Below are positions 16,790 through 24,195 of a DNA stretch of 32,000 nucleotides, piece after piece. Within the stretch, counting starts at the first letter, position 1; every line of letters starts with the position of its first letter. A model generated the notes under the pieces. The model worked only from the letters and a program-made list of their open reading frames with translations. It had not been told where the DNA came from and made no database searches. Position numbers and translations under genes: made by a program. The stretch comes from Candidatus Electrothrix yaqonensis (GTDB lineage: Bacteria; Desulfobacterota; Desulfobulbia; Desulfobulbales; Desulfobulbaceae): NCBI GenBank assembly GCA_047651235.1, contig CP178758.1:1710001-1742000 (forward strand). The letters run 5' to 3'.

Positions 16790-17054
16790 TACGAGATATC
16801 CGGAATGTCCGCCGGTTCAACGACGTTATCCTGCAGACGCGGAGGAGCGAATTCAATATCCTCTGCGCCGGGCATGGCAAGCAGATCAAGTATACTTTTT
16901 TTGTACCGGTAACCTTTCGGTATTGCACTATATTCATCAAGACATAGGCTGGATGTCCGCGATCTGTGATGATGACCGGCCCTGCTTCGGCAGCCTTTTT
17001 TGCTTTGCCGATATCCCTGTTAAATGTTCTGCTGGACATTGTGGTAATAGACAT
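16789..17054 (-). pseudogene. Phd/YefM-type antitoxin (VapB partner) interrupted by a -1 frameshift in an A7 run
   Basis: The N-terminus MSITTMSSRTFNRDIGKAKKAAEAGPVIITDRGHPAYVLMNIVQYRKVTG is canonical. After the A7 run (T-run 16896-16902 on plus) the annotated frame gives nonsense (VYLICLPCPAQ...). The -1 frame gives SILDLLAMPGAEDIEFAPPRLQDNVVEPADIPDIS*, the canonical C-terminus, ending TAATG overlapped with the vapC ATG (16791-16787). Confidence 0.75.
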
Positions 17055-17096
17055 AGATGCACCTCTTTGCTGTTTCTATGCAGTAATCTCAATTCG

Positions 17097-17369
17097 TCAG
17101 GAAAACTTTTGAATAATATCCCATTCCGGTACTTTTTTGTTTTTTGGAACCGCGTCGAGTATTTTGGTAACTTCCGCTTGTAGAACGGAGATGTCCTTTT
17201 TGGCTATTCTTGATTCCACGACAGACAATGCCTCCAGCTGGCTCAACTGCGTTGTCAGAAAATAGTTGGCAAGATTATTCAATGAAACACCTTGCGATTT
17301 CGCCTCATGTGCCAAACGGTTTTTCAGCTCGGCAGGAACTCTTAACGTAATAACTTGTGTGTCAGGCAT
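17097..17369 (-). CDS. Ribbon-helix-helix (Arc/CopG/HicB-like) putative antitoxin
   Basis: ATG 17369-17367 lies 7 nt after GGAGG. The track start at 17375 is a GTG too close to the RBS. MPDTQVITLRVPAELKNRLAHEAKSQGVSLNNLANYFLTTQL is a beta-strand plus two-helix RHH pattern. It overlaps the PIN gene stop by 8 nt. Confidence 0.65.
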   Translation of the reverse strand: MPDTQVITLRVPAELKNRLAHEAKSQGVSLNNLANYFLTTQLSQLEALSVVESRIAKKDISVLQAEVTKILDAVPKNKKVPEWDIIQKFS

Positions 17370-17835
17370 GATCACGCCTCCAAAGGTAATAGAAGTTTCC
17401 AGGAGTCAGCACCTTGAACGGATGACTTTTCAGTCTGCCAAAGTGAAAATCCCTGGTGTTTGAAGTTATTAAATACCGGCTGTTGCTCGCAAAGGCGCAT
17501 TCAACGAATATATTGTCGTTTTCATCAAGCAGATTAGGACGTAAGCGATAATATATAGAACGCTTGTCCGCAAGCAGCACCAATAAGTCCAGCAAATCTT
17601 CCACCTGACCAGGTGAGAGGCTCATTTTATCAAGAAGCTCCTTTCTCTTTAATACCGCCTCGTATTCAAAAAGAACAGGAGTGGATACTGCCAATCGCAA
17701 CTCTTCTTCAATGATAAGCCGTAAAATGCGGTGAGATGATCCGGCCTGACTGAGCAGAGCAGCCAGCAGTGTATTCGTATCCAATGTAATGACTGACCAT
17801 ATAATTATGATAGCGTATGCGAATACAGAGAGCAA
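17362..17835 (-). CDS. PIN-domain putative toxin (TIGR00305-like); start codon uncertain
   Basis: ITLDTNTLLAALLSQAGSSHRILRLIIEEELRLAVSTPVLFEYEAVLKRK...DENDNIFVECAFASNSRYLITSNTRDF carries the acidic PIN residues (D in LDTN, E, D in DEND, SN.RDF). The only in-frame start is the TTG at 17835. It has no RBS and precedes an implausible hydrophobic leader. Confidence 0.7.
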   Translation of the reverse strand: MLSVFAYAIIIIWSVITLDTNTLLAALLSQAGSSHRILRLIIEEELRLAVSTPVLFEYEAVLKRKELLDKMSLSPGQVEDLLDLLVLLADKRSIYYRLRPNLLDENDNIFVECAFASNSRYLITSNTRDFHFGRLKSHPFKVLTPGNFYYLWRRDHA

Positions 17836-17910
17836 TCTTTGCTTGTTGAAGGAAGGATTGGCGGGTTCGGCGGTGGCAGGATGCTGACGTTCCGGTTTAA
17901 AGGGATCAAC

Positions 17911-17941
17911 AAAAAAAAGCGGGACCGACCTTCGATCCCGC
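17911..17941 (-). terminator. Rho-independent terminator after the 983-aa gene
   Basis: On the minus strand GCGGGA (17941-17936) pairs with TCCCGC (17924-17919) across an 11-nt loop. T8 follows (A-run 17911-17918 on plus). It lies 34 nt after the stop at 17975. Confidence 0.8.
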
Positions 17942-17974
17942 TTTCTTGCTGCTGGCTATTCAGCCGATTATACT

Positions 17975-20926
17975 TTAATAGTGCGCATCATAGTCTTCGG
18001 CTTTAATAAAACCTTGGTAATAGTTGGCTGTTTTCAGGATAGGTCGCACAGTTACACCTTTAGAAGTACTGGTGACTCCGATTTCCTGTCCGTCTCCTGT
18101 TGCTATGGCTATATGTCCATAACCCCAGTTTGAACTGTCAGGAAGGTAACAGATTGCATCACCGCGTTCTGGAGTCCCGGATGTCCTCATATATCCTTTA
18201 GTTTTATAATCATCGCATACTTGATAAGCATGTCCTTTACCTGTTTGCTTGTCGAACATTACCCGCACAAATACTGCGCAATACGTTATCAGCTTGCCGT
18301 CTGACCATCCTACCCATTCGTTGTTTCCATCTGTAGATATTGTGCGCCCAATCTCAAGCTCTGCCCGGTCAGCAACTTCATCGCCAAGGGTTGATGTGAC
18401 CACTTTGCCGAACTCAATAGCATCAATGGTGCCTGTTTTTTCTGCTGCACGATAGGCCAAGACAACCAGTTCGGAACGATTGAGCGGCATATCCGGGCTT
18501 GATCCATTGGTGATGCCTTCATCAACCAAGAACTGCACCGGGTCGGCTACTGTCTGTCCGTAGAATATCTTGACGATGTAGTCCATCACTTCACTTCTGA
18601 GGACTTCATCACCCGCCATACTCTCTGTTACCTCAATACCCATTTTTTGAGCTTCAGCGATATAGTAGCTGTACCACGGCTCAATATCCTTCGGTCGATT
18701 ATCAGTGGTAACATAATCGTATGCATAGATAAGCACTTTCAGAGTTTCTGCCAGATTGGTTGCCTTGGTGGGCATAAACAGATTTTCTCCATTGACGGAT
18801 TGGCCGATAACGATTCCTGCGCTACAGAAAGCGTTAACTTCATCGGCATAGAAAGCTGTCTGATCAACATCCGGGAATGTGCATCTGATATCTTTACACT
18901 TATCATTTACACCGGGAGACATGACTTTACAGCCATAGGCACATTGCTCCTCAATCGAATATACTCCATCTGTACAGCGATAGAGAGTAGTCTCGTTCTG
19001 CCCTAACCCACTGTCACCGCAATACAAACCGTTGCCATACGGACAGAATGTCGGCCCATTGCCATCGGAGACAACCACAGGCAATGTTCCGGTTAACTGG
19101 ATATTGCTTGGACTATGGTAGTAGCTACATTTTACCTTCACTGTCTGCCCAGCAGATCCTGAGTTGGCCTGCACAAGCCCGTCGCCAAGAGAGGTCACAT
19201 ACATAGTGGGTGTTGCCAACCAAGAACACTCATCCGTAACATCTATGGTTTCAACAACGTCTCCGGGTTCAGGAAGAGAACCTGTCGTTATATTCTCGGC
19301 AAGATCGGCCACAGCCGTATATGTTGCCGTTTCGCCAGCGTAAAGGGTTCCGTTCGCTGTAACCCTTACTTCTTTCAAGACCAGATCGTCATCAGACGGA
19401 GCATCAACAGGCGGAATTTCCGTTCCATGCCATTGATGTTTACTCTCGTCACTACTGAAATCGTACTCTGAGCCAAAGACGGTGCCGAACGGAACAGTTA
19501 CTCCAGTACAGTTAGAGGTAGCGTAGGCAGCCATATGAAGATGAGCATAGGGGCCAGAACTGTCACAACCTGTCGGGCCGCACAGTTTACCGATAGGTGT
19601 CTTCTGTGCAATTACAAGTTTTGGATTAGCACTCTTCCTGTCACTGTTGCTTTTCATATGCCCGAACTTAACAGAACCGATCTGCACTCCATGCCCGTTT
19701 GATACAGGAACTTTTAACTGAAAACAGGTAATATCTTTATCGGTAGTACCATTCCAAAGAATCATGCCCTTTGCCGGTGCAACAACTGTTTTGTCTTCCG
19801 AACCACCAGAATTTCCCCAACAGCCTGTATTCCCAAGATTACCTGAACCATATGCAAAATCAAAAGAATGGATCAGAGTACCTTCGTGCGAGATATCTGT
19901 ATTATATCCCTGACAAATCTGCCACATTTTATCTCTTTCATCAAATGGAAAAACAAAATTACCAGTAGACTGTGAATCACTGACAGTCGCATTCGTAAAA
20001 TGCCAAACATCCGCTGTGGCAGTTTTGGACATTGTATTTATATCCGTGGGGATCCTTTCTTCATCAAGATAAACCGCCAGATCATATTCCGATACATCCG
20101 AGGGCAGTGTTTCCGGTGAGTAGGGAAGAGTTATCACCAGAGGTACAGTAAATTCCGCCCCATCAGGACTTAATTCATAGTTCGATGACAGAGCAGGCTT
20201 CTCGACCACCGCACCGGTTTCCTCATCCATAACCTCGACCGTATACTTTGTCTCCTTGACCGAAATCACCATAGGTTCGGAAACCGCTCCGGCGGGAATC
20301 ACCAAAGAAAATGTATCGCCAAGAACTATCTCGTTCTCTTCATCCGGCAACGCCACAACAGCCGCCATATCTTCTGTCAACGGAGTAACCTCCGCTGTCT
20401 GCACCCGGATATTCTGTCGCAGCTTATAGAAAGACATAAAAGTAATCTGCCTGTTTTTCCCTTTGCCGCTGGAGCCGATTTTCTTTTTCCGCAGAGCGAG
20501 CTGCCTGCGCAGGTTAAGATTCAGGGTCAGTGACGAAAGAAATCCGCCCTCCTGACCGAATATTTTCTGCCCCTTCAGCTTGATCAGATCGTGCGGCGTG
20601 ATCAGAGGGAAAGGTTCATCATCCACCGTAATGGTGTTATTTTCCCCCAGCACCAGCCGCAGTTCCTTGGTTTTTTCCGGCAGCAGGACCTTGCCGGTCA
20701 AATCCACTTTGCCGTCAGCCAGATCAAGCAGGTTCAGCTGCATCGGTCCGCTGGCGGTGACACAGCCTTTTCTGGCGGCGCAGGCTTCAATCCGCAGCAC
20801 ATCCAGAGAAATTTCCGATACCGCATCGACATCGAATTTCGGTTGCTTTGCCCACGCATTATTCCCCAGGGGAACAGCAAGTGACAACAGCACCAGCCAA
20901 CACATCATGCTTTTCAGCCGTAACAT
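17975..20926 (-). CDS. 983-aa secreted multidomain protein: DUF4382-like N-domain, ZU5-like segment, M23/LytM-like peptidase, Cys-rich module, SLH-like segment, C-terminal CHAP/NlpC-like domain
   Basis: ATG with GAGGTG RBS and signal MLRLKSMMCWLVLLSLAVPLGNNAWA. The M23-like block is LIHSFDFAYGS...VVAPAKGMILW...GSVKFGHMKS...IGKLCGPTGCDSSGPYAHLHMAAY (HLH motif). The SLH-like block is FPDVDQTAFYADEVNAFCSAGIVIG...LNRSELVVLAYRAA. The CHAP-like block is LITYCAVFVRVMF...RGDAICYLPDSSNWGYGHIAIATGDGQEIG (Cys...His). Domain calls are from motif memory only. Confidence 0.8.
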   Translation of the reverse strand: MLRLKSMMCWLVLLSLAVPLGNNAWAKQPKFDVDAVSEISLDVLRIEACAARKGCVTASGPMQLNLLDLADGKVDLTGKVLLPEKTKELRLVLGENNTITVDDEPFPLITPHDLIKLKGQKIFGQEGGFLSSLTLNLNLRRQLALRKKKIGSSGKGKNRQITFMSFYKLRQNIRVQTAEVTPLTEDMAAVVALPDEENEIVLGDTFSLVIPAGAVSEPMVISVKETKYTVEVMDEETGAVVEKPALSSNYELSPDGAEFTVPLVITLPYSPETLPSDVSEYDLAVYLDEERIPTDINTMSKTATADVWHFTNATVSDSQSTGNFVFPFDERDKMWQICQGYNTDISHEGTLIHSFDFAYGSGNLGNTGCWGNSGGSEDKTVVAPAKGMILWNGTTDKDITCFQLKVPVSNGHGVQIGSVKFGHMKSNSDRKSANPKLVIAQKTPIGKLCGPTGCDSSGPYAHLHMAAYATSNCTGVTVPFGTVFGSEYDFSSDESKHQWHGTEIPPVDAPSDDDLVLKEVRVTANGTLYAGETATYTAVADLAENITTGSLPEPGDVVETIDVTDECSWLATPTMYVTSLGDGLVQANSGSAGQTVKVKCSYYHSPSNIQLTGTLPVVVSDGNGPTFCPYGNGLYCGDSGLGQNETTLYRCTDGVYSIEEQCAYGCKVMSPGVNDKCKDIRCTFPDVDQTAFYADEVNAFCSAGIVIGQSVNGENLFMPTKATNLAETLKVLIYAYDYVTTDNRPKDIEPWYSYYIAEAQKMGIEVTESMAGDEVLRSEVMDYIVKIFYGQTVADPVQFLVDEGITNGSSPDMPLNRSELVVLAYRAAEKTGTIDAIEFGKVVTSTLGDEVADRAELEIGRTISTDGNNEWVGWSDGKLITYCAVFVRVMFDKQTGKGHAYQVCDDYKTKGYMRTSGTPERGDAICYLPDSSNWGYGHIAIATGDGQEIGVTSTSKGVTVRPILKTANYYQGFIKAEDYDAHY

Positions 20927-20949
20927 AAGTACACCTCACATATTGGAGT

Positions 20950-21402
20950 TTATGCGGACAGCACGACGCCGTACCGCTTGTTGCTTTTTTGTGCGTTCGG
21001 AAACGCTCTATACTTTGTGGGAATATTATCGATCTGCACTGCAACCCATACTGCAGATACGGAGAATTTTTTTTCTGCGGCCTGAACAACGCAGGGAAAA
21101 TGATCGGGAATATCGGAGATTACCGGAAAAACGGCGGGCAGAGCAGCCGTGTCGGTATTGGAGTGAGCGAAAGGATTGTTCGGAAGAGATTGAACAGTAT
21201 CGGCAGGGCAGAGCTTCGTGTCCGCCGGAAAAACGCAGATCACCTGTCCGGCCGGGTAAATCCTGGCGTTATTATTTGAAGAGCTTGTGCAAAAAGAGAG
21301 AATCAGCAGGAGGACAAGCAGAGAGAAGAAAGTGGAAAAAACACGCTTGTCCGTACGGTTGGAGGCTGTATCCGGGCGGGATACATTTTCCGGAGATGTC
21401 AC
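20950..21402 (-). CDS. Hypothetical exported/membrane-anchored protein (151 aa), upstream partner of the 983-aa gene
   Basis: Within ORF 20950..21477, an internal GTG at 21402 is preceded by AGGGAG. It gives (M)TSPENVSRPDTASNRTDKRVFSTFFSLLVLLLILSFCTSSS, one hydrophobic helix followed by Cys. There is a 23-nt gap to the next gene. No family recognised. Confidence 0.5.
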   Translation of the reverse strand: MTSPENVSRPDTASNRTDKRVFSTFFSLLVLLLILSFCTSSSNNNARIYPAGQVICVFPADTKLCPADTVQSLPNNPFAHSNTDTAALPAVFPVISDIPDHFPCVVQAAEKKFSVSAVWVAVQIDNIPTKYRAFPNAQKSNKRYGVVLSA

Positions 21403-21783
21403 AACACACTCCCTGGTTGGCAGTAAAAGCAGGCAGCCCGACCGTCTCCCTGCAGGAGACCCGTGGCTTTCCGACACCGCCTCACGGCGGCTGTGGCTTT
21501 ATCAACTTTCCGGTTCCGACCAGAAAGTGAGATGCGTACTCAATTAACTACGCAGTACGACAATGATTATATTTGTATAATATCAATTTCGTTGTCTGTC
21601 AAGTATTTTTTCGTAACATGATGATTTCAAATCTTCATTCTTTGTCAGTCGGGCTCAGCACCGCTGGATAAGATAGGGAAAGACGGGGAATCTGAGCATG
21701 CCGATCAGACTTCTCAGGTCATCTTCAATCAGCTGGACAACGTCTTCTTCAGTGATCTCAAGCGGATTACTCATCCAACGATT

Positions 21784-23247
21784 CTACTCCTCCCACTCCC
21801 GCCCGTCGCGGGCCAGCAGGGCCACCGAGGCCACCGGTCCCCAGGTTCCGGCAGGATACTGTCTGGGCGGTTCACTGGATTCGGCCCAGGCCTCCTGAAT
21901 GGAATCGATCCACGCCCAGGAGCGCTCCACCTCATCCCGACGGATAAACAGGGCCTGATTCCCCTGCATGACCTCCAGGAGCAGCCGTTCATAGGCTCCG
22001 GCGATCCGTTCTTTTTTAAAGGCCTCGCAGAAGCTCAGATCCAGCAGAGTGCGCTGAAGATGGATGCCGTCGCCGATTCCCGGCACCTTGTTCAGCATCT
22101 CAATCTCCACTCCCTCGTCCGGCTGCAGGCGGATCACCATTTTATTGGCAGGCAGGCAGCGGTAGGAATCTGTAAAAATATTGTGGGGCAGCTGTTTATA
22201 GCTGATCACCACTTCCGTGCGCTTGGTGGCCATAGCCTTGCCGGTGCGCAGGTAAAACGGCACCCCGGCCCAGCGCCAGTTGTCAATATCCACCCGGATG
22301 GCAACAAAGGTCTCAGTGCTTGAGTTCGGGTCGCCACCCGCCTCCTCCAGATAACCGGGCACCGGTTTTCCCCGGATAAAGCCCGGCCCGTACTGACCCC
22401 GCACAACCCGGCGATCTATGTTCCGGTCGGTGATCGGACGCAATGCTTTAATGACCTTGAGTTTTTCATTGCGCAGGCTGTCGGCGTGCAAATTGACCGG
22501 CGGCTCCATGGCAACCAGGGTCAGAATCTGCATCAGATGATTCTGCACCATATCACGCAGCTGACCGGACTGGTCAAAGTAACCCCAGCGCCCCTCAATG
22601 CCGACCTGCTCGGCCACGGTGATCTGCACATGATCGATGGTGTTATGATCCCAGTTGGCCGTAAAAATAGAATTGGCAAAACGCAGGGCCAGCAGGTTCA
22701 TGACGGTTTCCTTGCCCAGATAGTGGTCAATCCGGTATACCTGATCCTCATGAAAAAATGAGGCCACCAGATCGTTGATCTTGCGGGAGGTTTCCAGGTT
22801 ACGGCCGATAGGTTTTTCCAGCACCACCCTGGTCTCCGGGGTGATCAGACCGGCCTGATCCAGGCCTGTGCAGATGTCGCCGAACAGAAACGGGGCAACG
22901 GAAAAATAATTCACCATCACCCGCTGTTTCTGGTTGGTTACTGCACAGAGCTGTTTATACTGCTCAGGGCGGTCGAGATTGACCAGCACATAATGCATCC
23001 GGGCAAGCAGTTGTTCTACAGCCTCCGGATCAAGCGGCTCGTCAATGAACTGCTTCAGCCTGTGCCGCATTTCAGCGAGAAAAGCATCCTGATCAAGATC
23101 GTGACGCGCAACTCCGATAATTCTGGTGTCGTAGTTGAGCATCCCCGACTTTTCAAGGAGATAGAGGGAGGGCAGGAGTTTGCGCCGGGCCAGATCGCCC
23201 ATAACACCAAAGATAATAAAATCGCAGGATCGTCGTTCTTTTGCCAT
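21784..23247 (-). CDS. zwf: Glucose-6-phosphate 1-dehydrogenase
   Basis: Start ATG 23247 gives MAKERRSCDFIIFGVMGDLARRKLLPSLY, the NADP-binding GxxGDLA motif. The active-site block is YRIDHYLGKETVMNLLALRFAN. The C-terminal domain is full-length. The 30-codon upstream extension in the track ORF is Cys-rich nonsense. Confidence 0.93.
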   Translation of the reverse strand: MAKERRSCDFIIFGVMGDLARRKLLPSLYLLEKSGMLNYDTRIIGVARHDLDQDAFLAEMRHRLKQFIDEPLDPEAVEQLLARMHYVLVNLDRPEQYKQLCAVTNQKQRVMVNYFSVAPFLFGDICTGLDQAGLITPETRVVLEKPIGRNLETSRKINDLVASFFHEDQVYRIDHYLGKETVMNLLALRFANSIFTANWDHNTIDHVQITVAEQVGIEGRWGYFDQSGQLRDMVQNHLMQILTLVAMEPPVNLHADSLRNEKLKVIKALRPITDRNIDRRVVRGQYGPGFIRGKPVPGYLEEAGGDPNSSTETFVAIRVDIDNWRWAGVPFYLRTGKAMATKRTEVVISYKQLPHNIFTDSYRCLPANKMVIRLQPDEGVEIEMLNKVPGIGDGIHLQRTLLDLSFCEAFKKERIAGAYERLLLEVMQGNQALFIRRDEVERSWAWIDSIQEAWAESSEPPRQYPAGTWGPVASVALLARDGREWEE

Positions 23248-23571
23248 GTTGAAAACCAATTTGGGCGTCAGCTGAGGCCCGGCTCGCAAGCAGCAAAAGC
23301 AACGAAAGCAGGCCGGGCAGTTCAAGAAATATTGCAATAGATGCAGAGTACCTCATTATCTGAATACATTGCAATGAATTCGTTCGGCAATTCCTGTTAT
23401 CAGTAGAAGTTACGCAGTTGAAAACAGGAAGCACTGTTGTTACAATAGGTTGACCTGCTAAAGATACAAACTGCCAGTTGAATAAAATCAACTGGTTATA
23501 AAGATTGTAAATCCAACAGCGTAACTCCTATCGGAGATAAAAAATAACCGAAACAGACGGGGAAAAGGGAC

Positions 23572-24054
23572 ATGAGAAAAAAAAAGCACGATAAGAATAA
23601 AGAAATAAAAACAAGCGGATATACGACCAGAAGACGGGTCTTGAAAACCTTGGCGGCTGGTGCGGGCGCGGCGGTCTGGCATAGTTCTCTGCCGCAGACA
23701 TGGGTAAAACCGATCATTGAATCAGTGGTCCTCCCGGTCCATGCTCAGACCAGTGCCCCTTTGATACCGGACGACTGTACGATCGTTCTGATGTTTAACG
23801 ATACAACCGAGGCCACGATGACAGCTTTGCCTGCAGGCGACAACCTGCCCGCTGGCCCTCTTGCAGTTCCCGAAGGGATGACCGGTATACGGGTCAATAA
23901 TATCACGACCGGAAGGATAGAAGTACGACGGACGAGCACCGGCGGTGGCGGGATCAATGAAATTCTGGAGATTGGGGCAGGAGAGCATAGAGATTATATC
24001 ATTGGCGTTGGTGTGCATTGTGATGAAACTCTGTCCGTATCCCGTTGTGGTTGA
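23572..24054 (+). CDS. Hypothetical Tat-signal secreted protein (160 aa)
   Basis: The twin-arginine motif TRRRVLKTLAAGAGAAVW is followed by AHA. No recognisable domain. Confidence 0.6.
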   Translation: MRKKKHDKNKEIKTSGYTTRRRVLKTLAAGAGAAVWHSSLPQTWVKPIIESVVLPVHAQTSAPLIPDDCTIVLMFNDTTEATMTALPAGDNLPAGPLAVPEGMTGIRVNNITTGRIEVRRTSTGGGGINEILEIGAGEHRDYIIGVGVHCDETLSVSRCG

Positions 24055-24195
24055 GTGTAGGAGGCCATAGGGCCTGCATCATCGGTGATGATGCCATACA
24101 ATCAATTACAACGCGGTAAAACTCTGTCTGTATCCCGCCGTGAATCTTTAGCAAGGCGGGTGCAGCGCGCCTCCGGAACCTGGTTTTATTTCGTA

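Noticed and set aside
16584-17183. 199-aa plus-strand ORF across the vapBC remnant
   Set aside because: It is antisense to recognisable VapC and antitoxin sequence. It has no motifs and crosses an intergenic region.
20580-21547. 316-aa plus-strand ORF and neighbours (20591-20884, 20989-21279, 21287-21547; 20859-21089 minus)
   Set aside because: They are antisense or out of frame relative to the 5' end of the 983-aa gene and its upstream partner. They are Arg/Ser-rich and would run across the operon promoter region.
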